Shown: piece after piece, positions 37,591 to 51,399 of the stretch | Layout: every line of letters begins with the position of its first letter | Numbering within the stretch: the first letter of the stretch is position 1 | NCBI GenBank assembly: GCA_050084985.1 | Contig: JBITNC010000001.1 | Location: forward strand, 185,504,001-185,568,000 | DNA from: Nageia nagi | Lineage: Eukaryota > Plantae > Pinophyta | Direction of reading: 5' to 3' | Length of the DNA stretch: 64,000 nt | Position numbers and translations under genes: made by a program | The notes under the pieces: generated by a model | Seen by the model: the letters and a program-made list of their open reading frames with translations, nothing else | Database searches by the model: none | Told to the model about the DNA's origin: nothing

Positions 37591-37716
37591 GTGGATTTCC
37601 CATGAAGTTTTTGACTATATGCTCATGGAATATGATAATTTTAGGTTACCAAAGATACAACTTTCCTCAAAAAGCATTGAAACTATTTCACCAAATGTAG
37701 TAAACACCAGTAGTAG

Positions 37717-37915
37717 TCCAAATAAATGAATTCATCTTTCCTATCATCCTCAAATCATGCACTCAATTGAGAGATTTTAAAAAGGGTTTATACATATATC
37801 AAAGACTATTTAAAATAAAATTTTTATTGAATTTTATGGTTGTGAGTACCCTGTTAGAAATATATGCAAAATATGGAAGTGTAGAGAATACAAATAATTT
37901 TTTTGACAATATGCA
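37717..37915 (+). pseudogene. PPR L-S motif fragment
   Basis: FIFPIILKSCTQLRDFKKGLYIYQ..FMVVSTLLEIYAKYGSVENTNNFFDNM. Confidence 0.85.
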
Positions 37916-39176
37916 AACCCTCATTCATGTAATTTTGATGCTATACATGATTATTTATACATAATATATAGAGTTAATGATTTGATGCTAATAACTTGAT
38001 ACATGATGCTATACTTGACATTGCAAATGACACTTTGTATGAAAGTACCCTTAGCCTCAATTGATGCATCATGAATTATGTAGTTTTTTTTTTGTTTAAA
38101 AATAATATTAATTAACACATTTCATGATTCAAAATCACTAAAATATAGTAGTGAATAGGAGATAAGGGTTTCAATTGGCAAATTTCTATATTACAATACT
38201 TTTAGATGATGATATCAAGGGATAAAACTACTAAGGGGTATAAAAATTGATTCAATATTTTAAAATAAAAAGGTATATTTTAAAAAATGGTTATTATTCA
38301 TTATATAGGATTTTACCATGAGGGGTTTAATAAATTAAAAGAGAAGTTGGTATATTTTAAAAATAGGGGATTTTTTAAGAAGCATATGGATGCAAGTGTT
38401 ATGAAGTATTTCTACTAAGTGACCCCTATGGCTTTGAGGATGCATATCAAGGAAAGCCATGTATCATAATTGCACTCATACTCCTCATAATGATCATAAT
38501 CATCCACATCCATCCATCCTAACCCCAATCTTAAAACGTTTACAAGCCCACCTACCCACAAAAATTTCACTAGCCTGCCCAAATTTTATAAGAGCCATAT
38601 ATATATCAATATTTTTAAAGGGAAGGACATTTAATATGTTTTTTTTAAGAGGTATTTTTTTCTTACCACCTTATGATTTATGGTGGAGGGTTAAAACCAC
38701 CCATAAAACCCACCACCAAAACCACATATACTGGTAGCTTATGCCCACCCCCTTAAATCCACTTTAAATTGGTCACCACCAAAGACCTTTTTTGGTCTAG
38801 TATATATATATTAAAAAGATTAATTTATACTTATAACATATTTACATATCAAAATAGATAAAATTCATATTTTATTGAAAAATTGAAAAAGAAAATTAAG
38901 GACCTACAACTTGAAGTATAAAACTTAAAAGTCAACCACCAAAAGGAGCTATAAGTGAAGGATAACAAGATTTTTATGTTAAAGTAAATAATGGAATAAT
39001 AAATCAACAAAAATATCTTCAAGATATATAATATAATTGTAGATAAAGATAATGCAATCTTATAACTATCATTTTAGATAGAAAACATGGAACAAAGCTA
39101 TAGTTGAATAACCATGAGTGTAGATCTAGGTTTAGGAGTTAATCTAGGTATATCTATCACATTGTTGCATCAAACT

Positions 39177-39621
39177 TGTGATGTCCCCATGTATTCCTTT
39201 TTAATATGTGTTGATATATGTACTCATTTTGTATCTAAATATGAATACAAAAATCTCTCTTTTGGTATCACATGTTATTATAAGAAGGTTGCACTCATTT
39301 TTTTGTCATGTTTAACACAACAATAAGGATAAAATGCTTAAAGTATTTCTTCAAATCAATTTTCACTAAGAATAATACTAATCAATCAATTTATATATCA
39401 ATTTAATTTCAATTATTAATTCAAGTAATGATCACACTAAGTAATAATACTCATAATCATAATTTCTAATAACTTCATACAATTTTCCATGATTGTCCCA
39501 TCAAATTCAATAATAATCAATTTTATTTTTGTGAATAAAGTTCTAAATATCTATTATAATAGTCCTTAGGTCATCTTAATTAAGTTCATTTAATAATTAG
39601 TTTACTTAGAGTGGTACAACA
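39177..39621. repeat. Possible short solo LTR or LTR fragment
   Basis: Begins TGTGATGTCCCC and ends GTGGTACAACA; no TSD verified. Confidence 0.3.
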
Positions 39622-40149
39622 ACACACCAAAATAAGAAAAATGCGCTAAATATTTTTATTTTCTCATAACAATAGCCATGAGATTATAACAAAATGACCT
39701 TAATTTAACAACATCAAAGAAAAATAACTTAATTTCATTAATAATACTTTTTAGGAATACCCTTCTTAGGATTTCCTTGAAGCATAGGCATACAATAAAG
39801 ATAAATTTCATAAAGCACATCAAATATGTATAATTCATATCATCAACATAATCCATTTACAGTATTTTACATAATTATAGTTCGAATGTAGTGTGGTAAC
39901 ACATAAGTAATGCATCCATGTATCATTTTGTTAAATAAAAGAAATTTAAATTTTTTCTCTAGATTCAACTTCATTCATCACTTTAAAAAAGAGAAACGAA
40001 TAATAGTAGAACAAACACAAATAAAAAAAATAACAAACCTAAGGGATACTCCAAATACCATCCCTATATAACATAAGATCATGTCTATATACATAGGTAT
40101 CTTAATGTATGAAAGATAATAACATGTCATCCTCCTTTTCCTTAAAATT

Positions 40150-41150
40150 TTATGGGAAAGGATTCTTGTAAATACCTAGATTTTAGTTTTTTGGATGCAA
40201 TGAATCATTTCTTTCTTTCACTTTATCATCAAACATGAATTTTTGTTCCTCGTATAGGTCTTGAATCATATGCCTCAAGGTCATAGAATCCTTTGTTAAA
40301 TGGTCAAGAGAATGATGCAAATTGCAAAAGTAATCATAACTAAATCCTTTAGTAATACCATTAGAAAACTTTTTCTCTTTTACTAGAGGTAATTCAATAA
40401 GTTTTATTTAGACTAAGGTGTTCAATAAGTAATCAATATCTTCTAAAAATGGAGTGATGTTTTTCAATGTGAGCATGGATGATTTTTTCAATCTTTGTAA
40501 CCACTTATTCTCTCTTTTGAGCCAAAAATTATATTTTTTTGTCTTTTCTTTTTCAACTATATTCTATTTATCCCATTTTTGAATTCCTAATCTAATTAAG
40601 GCTACTTCTTTGGTCACCATCTTTTCAAGTAGATCTTGGAATGATAAATCTAAGTGTAGGAAAAATTGATCCTTACATTTAGGAAAAATAGACCCCATCA
40701 AAATATTCTTTTTATTACTTTCTCCTATATTTATCAAGTTTACAACCTTTACCCATCCTTTGATAAAATTGTAAAGGGACTTATTTGCTTTTTTCTTGAA
40801 GTTATAGATATCTCTTAATATCAATTTCAATTAAATGTGTATTTTATATCTCTCTATATTTTATTTTATCAAATTCTTAAAACTATAATTTATCCCATGG
40901 GGTAAACTCATAAACCATTTAAATTCATTCTTTTCAAGACTAAATGGGAATAATTTAGTCATCAACTCATCATCATGAGCACGATAAACATTTTCTACTT
41001 CAAATAACCTCAAATGATCAATTTGATATAAAAATTATTTACACTTTGTAAATTGAATTTAATTTTTAGCATCATATCTCCTATTTTGAATTCATTTATA
41101 TAATGGAATATGATCCTAGATTTCATCTACAACACCACACTTTTTACCCT
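40150..41150 (-). pseudogene. Tat-type gag remnant
   Basis: DHLRLFE..LMTKLFPFSL...KWFMSLP; NKSLYNFIKGW; knuckle FCNLHHSLDHLTKDS..LRHMIQDL. Confidence 0.8.
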
Positions 41151-42040
41151 ACTATTCTATAATCTTGTTCAATCTATCCAATTGTTCTTTTACTAATTGT
41201 TAATATCTTAACTTTTTTGGGATTTTGATTTTGAAATATTTTATTGAGGTAAAACCTTATGCTTTTATTTAGCATATGTATGGGATTTAACCCACCTTAT
41301 TTTCTCTTATTTATAATCCAAGGGTATATGATCAAACCTTATAATTTTTTGTAACCTTTCATAATTCAATTCATCTAGCAACTTTTGAACTATATATAAT
41401 TTTTATATGGATAATACATATTGAATTAAACATCAAAATATAAAATATATATTTCTTGAAATTGGATCTCATGGTGCTAATTTGACCAACTACGTGTTAC
41501 TTTCATGACACTAGTATTAGTTGCATTAATCATAGCTTCATAATTAGTATTTTTAATACTTTCTTTTCTAATCCTTTCAATTTATGATTTTTGATCATCC
41601 TCTTGATTTTATTGAGCTTTTTATTTAATATTGTAATAATTTTCTTAATCCTCAAATTCAATGTATATCAATTTATCTTCATTACAATCCTCAATCTTAA
41701 CATAATCCTCTTCTTTGAATTGTTCATGTCTAGGTTGATTATATTCTTGTTCAATATATTTTCAAAGGGCTAAATTTTCCTCTTGAATCTAAGAATTAAT
41801 CCTTTCAATGAGAACATCATTAATACATGTATTTAGCTACCCTTGAATTGTCTCACCTCCATGATAAAAAGGACCCCCATTCTAATCTAAAATTAACCTA
41901 AATCTATTGTGTTAAGCATTTATGTAATCATTTTTGATAACTTAAGTGTGTCAGTAATCCCTAGTATATTATTGCATAACATATATGTATCAATTAGATC
42001 ATATTTGTTTGACATAGGTACATTATATGCATGAGATTGC

Positions 42041-43400
42041 TGTTGTGAAACTACTTTAGGAAAACATTGTTGGATCTCTTCATTAGCTACATGGTTCTTG
42101 TTTGGGTTATGTGATGCAATTATAACACCTTATGAATTCAATATTTAAATCAATTCATGTAAATCCAATGGATTATCATGGTAGAATTAATTCATAAAAT
42201 TTTATAGCCTATGGCTATCCAAGACTCATCACATACAAATTTAACACACTCATACTACAAGTGCATGTGGAAATACAATTACACACCATCAAACACACAA
42301 AATGATGTATATAAATATTTACCTTGGAGATCCTTGTAGAAAGAACTTTCTAAAAGTGTCAATCCTCCATATAATGGTCCATCTCACTCTTAAAATTAAC
42401 TTCTCATATTTTTACAATAACCACATCTATATGTTCCAAGCAATAGATGCTAAGTTTACCACTAACTCAACATGCTCTCCCATAATATGTATTTTCACCT
42501 ACACATCATGAGATCCATCTCAACACAATCATATGACTAATAATTCCATCTATAAGAGATCATAAGAATGATATCAATGAACATTCTTCAATTATTGAAT
42601 GTTTCATGGGATATCTCTCAATATCATCTCATCCATGCTATCTCCTTTCTATGGGTACACACATCCATGAAACTCACTAAAATAAATTCCTCAATAAAAC
42701 TTCTCTCTCACCTGTCTCCATCCAAGATGCAACTCTTATATATGGAATTAGAAATATTATTTTTCTCCTTCATGCTGTCTTTATAATTTACTCTATAAGA
42801 GGTCTTTGTAATCATACTATCTTATTTCTTGAATAGTGAAAAATTCAAGCATGGGAAAACCATCTATAATCTTCCTAGATTTTTCCTAAAATTATTTTCT
42901 TTTGGAAAATATTCTCTCATAGTAATTGCATCTCCTAGGAATTATTTCTCCTCTCTTGGGAGATTCTCCTTTTCATAATATTAACTTTTTCATTCTCCAT
43001 AAAACCCATTTTTAATTTGTTAAGAGGTTAAAATGGAAGATATGGTTACAAAAAAAATATTTTCTCTAGCAAAATAATTTATCCTTTTTCTCAACATCAC
43101 AAACCAATTCATTCTACCATTTAATCTTTAATTTAAATAATAATTAATTGAGGAAACTAAATTTAATTAATAATAATTAAACATTGCTATTATATGACCA
43201 TAATTTATGTCCTTCCTTAAAACTCCCAAAACTACATGGGAATAATACATAGGTTTGTTTTAACCACCTTAAGGTTTAACAACTAAAAATATACAAAAAT
43301 ACCCAAATTATACCATATATGAGGTGCCATAAATTAAATAATACATGTGGCATAGTAGTAAGGTGCAATCAATGGGATTTGAACAACACTATTCATTAGT
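42041..43400 (-). repeat. Long LTR-like sequence
   Basis: Ends ..CACAACA on the minus strand upstream of the gag remnant; inverted homology to 44540-45660. Confidence 0.55.
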
Positions 43401-43699
43401 GGATGACATCATCACCACATAACAATCTCCAAGGTGGAAAGCATTGGTATCAAATCTCAAGGTTGGTGTTCTTCTCCATGCATGCATTTTCAAAAATATT
43501 ACACAATTTCTTCATGTTGGCATTGTCAGTACCCTCACTTAGCATGTGTTCATGAGTTCCAAAAATTAATTTTTAAATGGTATTTTAGATATTTTGAAAT
43601 CTTGGTATTTTTAAATACAATATTCAAACTTCAAAGTTGTACAATTACCAACATCAAATTTAGGTATTTTGGTATTTGAATTCCCATTTAAAATTTTAT

Positions 43700-45660
43700 G
43701 AAGTTGGTGGAGAAGTTTTTTGATATGAAGGGAAAAATAAAAAAATTGAGATAGGTATATTATTTTAGATCTAATTCCTATTTTGGATCAAGAATTACAT
43801 CCTTATTTATTTTCATACCTCTTTTGTTCAATTTTTTTCTTTTTCATCTTTGATTGCTGTAGATCTTCTTCTTCATGTTTGGTATATCCATTATAATAGT
43901 AATCACGTGCATACCTATCATTATCATTAGGATTAAGTTGAGATTATTTTGCTAAATTTATTTCACTCCTCAATGTGATCTCTATAGGATATTTTAACCT
44001 TGAAGATTTCCTTGACCTTTTTATGATCTGAAATGGATTATGAGTCATTTTGAAGGTGAAAAATGAAGTCTCTATTTTTGAATATTTTAGTGATATATGT
44101 CAAAGATCTTATCTCCAAAATTCTATCTATTCAAAGGATGAAGAAAATGGAGCTATGGTTTGTAAGTTATGGCTTTTCAAAATTTGAAGTTAAATATGAA
44201 AAAATGCAAAATATGCATGAAAGGCTCTATTGGTGGACTCATTAGGATAATATCATGTTGATTGAAAGATTAAAATTTGTATCATTGATACCTTGTATTA
44301 TATTGAACATATTGTTAAAATTTCAAGTAATTTGGATAAAATAATGAAAATTTATGACACTTTCAAAATAGTAAATTCTCATTCTGCATTCATAAGTCAA
44401 ATTTTGATAGCTATCAGCTAGAAATCTATGTTAGAGACCAACTTAATGGTAATTTTGGGAGAAACTATTAAGGAGTTAAAGCATGAAATTTGGATAAATT
44501 AAAATAAATATATATAAGAACACTTGTATGAAATTTTATGAAATTTATAATTATGGTCATGAAGTTGTGGTTGTGACAAAATGGCACTAGAAGTAGTTTT
44601 GATAGTTTTGGAAAATCCAAAAAAATAGGAGAATATAACCATTTGAGCCCAAAACAATGCTATAAGATGCTAAAAGAGAATATTTTTGTTGTAAAGAGGA
44701 GTGAAAATAATAAATTGGAGATAAATACCAAGATGTGGCATATTTTATTATTGTGTTCAAAATCTTCTAAAGGAGGAAAAATGGTAAATATCATGTTTAT
44801 CACCTTGATAACTAAATCTTCTAAAATTGTAATCCCTTATTCTTATAAAGGGGAGCATGGAAATTGGAAATGGGTTAATTATTGTAGTGTGGATTTCCTC
44901 TAAAGGGGATTGTACTAGTATAGGTTTGTAAAAATGTAGAATACTCCATGTTATTGTAAACTCTATGGAAAATAAGAAAACCATGAGAGTAATATTGGAG
45001 GTGCATTTCAAGTTTGGATAGAAAAGACCATGGAAGAAATCATAGGAATGGAAGGAGAATAAAATAATGGAAGAAATCATAGGAATGGAAGGAGAAGAAA
45101 ATAATGGAAAAAATCATTTCCATATAAGAAGGCAAGCATGGATGAGATCATTTCCATGGAGCAAGAAGTGGATGACAAAATCACCATGATGCAAAGAAAG
45201 AGACAAGGGGTAGTTTCAAATATGTCAACCCAAGGATAGAGATATGGGATTATACTTATGGGATCTCATTGAGAAGATATTTGTCTTCAAGAAAGGGATT
45301 CAATAGTGACCTAAAATTATCAAGTGATTTAGTTTTGTGTGAAGCAAAAAAGATCATTCAAAGGACATTGTTAAAAGGGTACCTACAATAATGGATTGTT
45401 ATTTGCTAGATGTAGACCACATTAATCAAACCAAGGTAACTATGTGTATACATCATGTTGTGTATTTTTTTTGGCATTTTTATTTCCACAAGTACTAAAT
45501 TGAAAGAAGTGTGAGATCCAAAATAAATCCTAAGGGGTTTATGAATTATTTTCTAACCAATAGAGAAGTATTCATGGATTGGATTTAACTATCAATATCT
45601 AAAGTATTTACAATATACTATCAATCATATCCAAAAATCCTAGGGGTTTTTAGCACAACT
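43700..45660 (+). repeat. Long LTR-like sequence related to 42041-43400, in opposite orientation
   Basis: ccaaggtaa..tatacatcat.ttgtgt..tatttccaca (45431-45490) is the reverse-complement match of 42266-42326; ends ttttagcacaac; internal ~33 bp tandem at 45032-45120. Left boundary uncertain. Confidence 0.55.
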
Positions 45661-45979
45661 AATGAAATTATCAATGAAGGTATGGTAGAAATGTCAAGTT
45701 CACCATTTTTTAGATACTAAAATATTGATTTTAGTCAATATTTTAATATATATGTTTAATAAAATAAAATAACCAAATAAATGAAAAGTATCAATAATAT
45801 TACTCAAAATACCTAATGTATTTATGATCTAGAATTACTAAAATCTGAAAGGAAATGTACTAAAAACTATTATTTATCTTCTCTAAATGGATCATAGCCT
45901 AAATTTGAATCAAATGGAGTTACAATAATCTATGTCTGAAGTTTGGTCATTCTTTCTTCATAACCATTAGGCATTAGTG

Positions 45980-46230
45980 TACCAAATTAGGTCTCTTATA
46001 CAATAAGGCACCCCCATACTCTTAACATTGAAGCCAAACTCAAAGATGTTCATTGATAGATCTTTTTAAGATGTCAAACTTGAACTACAATATCATAATT
46101 AGGGAATATAATTATAAGAAATGATGGTGCAAATCCAAATTCGATAGGTGATGATGAGAACCACCAATTATATAATGCATTATTTTCTTTATCAAGGTCT
46201 AGATATGATCTAAATACATCCTTACTCACT
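45980..46230 (-). pseudogene. Possible hAT transposase C-terminal dimerisation remnant
   Basis: YNWW..(~25 aa)..CSSS..KRPNL, loosely matching WW..CSSSxCERxWS..KxRNxL. Confidence 0.3.
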
Positions 46231-46911
46231 TTTATAGATGAACATTCCACCATGGGCTAAGTCTACTTGCTTAGCATTTTGTGGACCTATCACCAAAAAA
46301 TATAGAAAGGAGTGAAATGCACTTTTTTTAACAAACATGCCTTAAATACAATAATAAATAAATTATGCTAATTAGATACCTAAAATAGATTTTTTTAATA
46401 AATAAAAATCATATTTAGGTGGTAATAATTTTCCTATTCTAGGTATGGGTGAGGGATCTTAAATTGTATCCTTTTATATACTTTTTATTACATGAAGACT
46501 TGTGCTTATATATATACCATATCTAAGGCCTCAATTTAACTATTTTTATACACCTAACTTTACATATGTCTTCTGAGAGTATACACACTTAGCAAAGAAT
46601 AAGAGTTGTTATATGATTTTTATAGAACCTAAACATAATGTATATGGCCTAAAATCACTAAGGGTTAAAAAATAATTAAGAAAAAGAAAGAAATTAAGAG
46701 ATTAAAATTAGTATTTTAGCTAAAAATTCTACAAACCTAACCCTTAGGTGAGAATTAAAAAGTCTCATCATGGTTTTCAAAGATATTTTCTTGTAAAAAT
46801 AATCTGATTAAATATTTATCAATTTCAAATCCAAATCTTACTATAGGAAAAAATTAAATTTAACTTAGCCTTACCTAATTATTGTAAATTTTACCAAGTA
46901 CAAAACAAATA

Positions 46912-47760
46912 TATTATGATATGGAATATTTATACATATATAACCAACTAGATCTCATGTACTGACAAAAACTCACAAGGATATAGTAATAATCCTAATA
47001 GATTGGTCTTAAGAGATTTATGATTAGATTTGGATAAACATACTAATAATATAATATTCCTAAAACTCACCCTTATTACATCAATCTCTAATTGAATCTA
47101 GGTGCACTAAAAAATATTTGATGAACATATTCATTCATTCATCAATATACCATTTATAAATAGTGACTTACATGACTATTTATGATTAGCAATAGTGTAA
47201 CTTACCTTACTATGATTCTTCATTTGACTATGGATAGGGACATACTTAGCCATACATGATTTAATTATGCAACTAGATAGGGACACATATGATATTCATG
47301 GAATGAAGGATAGGGAAAAATACTTCTATCCTAAGTTGTACAATAAATGAGGATAGGAACAAATACATATATCTAACATCAAATATATGAACATTGACAC
47401 ACATTTGTTCATAATCATTATGATTGGGGATACACACATAAAATCATAATCATAATATGTGATTAGGGATAAATACATCCAATCATGTATATCAACTTAT
47501 GAATAGATATAAACACATCCATTCACTTTTTTCTTATCAACCATTAACATCCTTATAGGAATATTCTAATCTTATTGGACTATATGGATTACTAATCACT
47601 ACAACTACCAAGTGTAATAAAGTAGATTACTGTATACAAAGTTCACTCTATTGAATGTGAGTCAATTATTAATTTCTTTGATACCTATGATAACTTGAAG
47701 TATCTTTTGGATCCAATACATATTATATGGGGGAAGAATATACTAACACCTCATAATGTG
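46912..47760 (-). repeat. Copia-like LTR with U3 tandem motifs
   Basis: Minus strand ..atgagg|TGTTAGTA start at 47748; TATA-like atttataaatag (~47152); about six gatagggg-acata motifs at 47230-47480. Confidence 0.55.
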
Positions 47761-48399
47761 AACTCTTTTTAGGAGTGTCGAGTACCATCGAACATACATT
47801 CACTTTCCTTTTTTAAACATAAACTTGTATTTATTATTTTTATATCACTCCCTCTTATTTACAACATAAATAAAATTTAAACTTTAATCTAAAATACAAA
47901 TACATGATTATTGATCAATATATAAATAGACAACATTCCTATGTCAAGCACCAAGTGCTCTCCTAACTTTCTCTTAATACCTCTATTCATAATAAAAATA
48001 AAATAATATCATGATAGAACCACTATTTAATTCCATGGAGTGAATATAGTTGTACAAAATGATTTATTTGATATCATTTGTATCACTAAGGCTATTGCTA
48101 GTCTTAATACTCTCTAATTCATTGAAAAGGTATGCATGGTAGTTGAAAACATATACATATAATAATAGACATATTCACTATGATGTTTTTTATTCAAAAA
48201 GAAATACATGCTAAAATTGAATATGTACATAAATTTCCTCATAAAAATAGATCTTATACTCACTATAGAGGCACTAATTTGTTATGTAATATATGTGGTA
48301 TCTTCCTTTCATGTGAAGTCCATTGAATTGAGCATATTTGTCTACACTCTTTATGATTTGTAATATGGGAAAGTGCATACAAATTCTATAAGATATCAG

Positions 48400-49640
48400 G
48401 CTTGTGTAGGGGAAAGGCTATCACTAATGATGTTCATAATTTGCATCATACCTACCCTCAACATAATATATATCCCTTTAGTAATGACATTTTCTACTAG
48501 TGCATTAATGGCATGAATTTGCTTCTATAATTTCAAAGATACAATGATACTCATATAATTAATAATTTTTGTTAAAGTTTTAAATTATACATACTCAAGG
48601 ATGGAGAAAAATGGTATATGAATTGATACCATGTTGAAATTTTAAGGGTTTCCAAGTGAGGCTCTAATACCAATTGAAGAATTAGAATATTCACCATCAT
48701 TCAAATGTTTATAAATAACCTTGGATGTTGTAAAAATATTATACAAACCTTAATTTTTATAAATAAATGATATGAATATATAAATTATATCTATTTATGT
48801 CAATAATCTCCTAAATTTATGGTGAAGATGCTCCAATGACATGGAGAACTCCTTTACTGACATGTTGTGTGAGAATATAGTGTTGTGAAGATTATCTTGG
48901 TATTTAAGATAAAATAATATTAAATATTATTATTTTTATGTGTAATATATATGAATTAAATATACCTTTCCATTTATTACTATCATACCTAAAATAGAGC
49001 TATGGATCTTTGATAATCTACATTTGAAGTTTGGGTTGCCAAACTACCAAAACTATGGTGATGAAGGAGATGTGATGACCAATGTAAATGTGGTGACCTA
49101 TTTGCCAAAGTAAAATTTATAAAAATATACCTTGTAATATATTATTGAAAAGGTGTCAAATATACCTTTCCAATAATTTATCCCATTGCTAAAATGGACG
49201 AGTAAAACTCTAGCAATTCTAGTCTGAATTTGAGGTCACTAACCTGATTTCTAGTTACCAAACTAGATTTGTTTAGCAATGATAGGATAACATTAAAAGT
49301 GATGTAAATTTGAATATTATAGAAAAAAAAAATATTTTTATATATGGTTTTAAATATGGATAAATAATATTTGTAATTATTAAATATCCAAAATACTTGA
49401 AGCAAAGTAAATTTTTTGAATTTGGCTACAAGAGAACCTAGTTGCTACAAATTTCTACAATTGTTAGGTTGTACATAGGGGTGAAAATAATATCATGGTT
49501 TTTGGTGATTATCAAAGGATATACCAAGTTTTATATATGGTTGTAAATAGAAAAAAGTATACTTTTCAATTATTTAATAATAATCTCAATTGGATGGATA
49601 AATTTATGATGATTCTTGGTGACATGAAGGCATGTCAATG
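48400..49640 (-). mobile_element. LTR plus tRNA-Met PBS plus short leader, copy 1
   Basis: Minus strand ..TCTTCA-at-TGGTATTAGAGC (PBS 48661-48672); collinear with 51400-52470. Confidence 0.7.
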
Positions 49641-50260
49641 TTGAAATTGAATGGAATGAGTTGATTGTGTGAAAAAAATGGATACAGATGATAAATATAA
49701 AATAAAGTATGGTATTCCATATAAAATTTAAAATATGAAAATAAATTATTTATAAATGTACAATACACATACCAAAATAAGGTATGAGTTAAAATAAATA
49801 ACCCCTAAAATATTACTAATTTTTCTATGAGAAAACATAGTGAACATGTTTTTTAGGAAAGGTAAACAAACATAATGAATGGAAGTGAAAAATAAGTGCA
49901 TTAATGCAAAATATAAATGGAATTATATTTTATTTATGAAAATAACATTATAAACTTCATAAAATGAAATATTATATGCTTCATATCTTCACATACAAAA
50001 TTTGTTGATTTGGTGCATCTATTTAGAACCCAACATCACCATGCACCAAAGAGATGTGTGCTATGGTATTTGGTGAGATAGAATGAATTAACCACATTAA
50101 TAATATAATATTCAACATATTAAAACTATTTTGTAGAACTCAAGGATCCCCAAAAGTCCATGATTGATTGGGCAGTTATAAAGAGTGTCTCTATATATTT
50201 TTGTTGTGAATCACAAGGATTTAACTATGAACTTCATGGGTCTATCTATGTAGATGGGAT

Positions 50261-50864
50261 TGTGGATAGAATAAATATAAGAAATAAAAAATAAAATAAT
50301 CTTAAAACATATATGATACATAATTCCATGGTGTACTCATGACATGCTATTGAGAAAGCACATACCTCTCTCAATTGAAGGAATTAGAACTACACTAATC
50401 CTCAAGGTCCAAGACTATAGGAAACTATCATTCAACATATATAAGCTAATAACACCATTCACACAAGATAACACCAATATAATATGGTACCTCCCTCCTT
50501 GGGATTACATCCATAACTAGATCTCAATTCTCAAACTATGCACCCTCTTACAACAATTCCTTTCTCTCCTACACAAACTAGTAGAGTAATCTTACTCCAA
50601 AATCTTAGTTATGTTACAAGAGGAGAGGCCCTCTATTTATAGCATGAGAGCACCTCCCTAACCTCCCTTTAACCCAAGGGTAAGGTTAGGGTTACAATTA
50701 ATGTATTACCTAACTTTAACCTACCAACTAACCACATGGTAAGGTCAAATTCTACATAATAAAGAATTCAATTAATCCCTTAAGGTATCTACATATCCTT
50801 TAAGTGATTAATTGAATTTACAAGGAGTTTAGATATTCACAATATTTCATTACAAATTCTAACA
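50261..50864 (-). repeat. Probable solo LTR
   Basis: TG..CA ends (tgtggata / ttctaaca); TATA ctatttatag at ~50633; TSD not preserved. Confidence 0.5.
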
Positions 50865-51399
50865 TCAATGTCATAGGAGGAGGAGTCTTTGGTTAAGCTA
50901 AAATGATGACTAACAATAAGCTATTATAGCTAAAGAAAATTCAACCATATATAAAAAAATATGAAGTCCATGATCATGAAAAAACTAATCACATGTGTGC
51001 ATGATAATGTTGTATGTTAAAGATGCTAGAGTGGAGTTATTGCAGGGGATTGTTGGTGTGATAGAAGGGTACTATAGGTAGTGGAGTGTTGAAGATGTAA
51101 AAATTGAAAAGTGGAATGATGAATATGATCACCCATGTGAAGGATATGTATAAAAAAATTTATTTATATATCTTGGTTTACTAATGTAGGAAGGATTGTA
51201 CATGAGTCATTAATGTCTCACCTAGTATATTGTAATTTGAAGGGGAGGCTATGCACATGAAGGGAAAAATTTAAAACTATGTACCCTTTTTGGATTTTTC
51301 CACAAAGTTATGATTTCCATATATATTATAAATAAAACATTCAAAATATTAAAATTTATGAAAAAATAAATTCCTTCATTATTCCTCTTAACTCCATCA

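Larger units (their letters stand above)
36503..38394. mobile_element. Candidate non-autonomous TIR DNA transposon with captured gene fragments
   Basis: Decayed terminal inverted repeats cacacctgtat..aaatcccctagttt / aaataggggattt..atatggatgca; internal inverted match of 37027-37058 with 38123-38154; gatgca-rich subterminal microrepeats; no TSD recognised. Confidence 0.5.

Noticed and set aside
38540-38800. CCACC-rich motif cluster (similar at 31075-31110) as a DNA transposon end
   Set aside because: No partner terminus or TSD identified by eye
43440-43460. cattggtatcaaatc as a Met PBS
   Set aside because: Partial match only, with no gag downstream and no convincing LTR end
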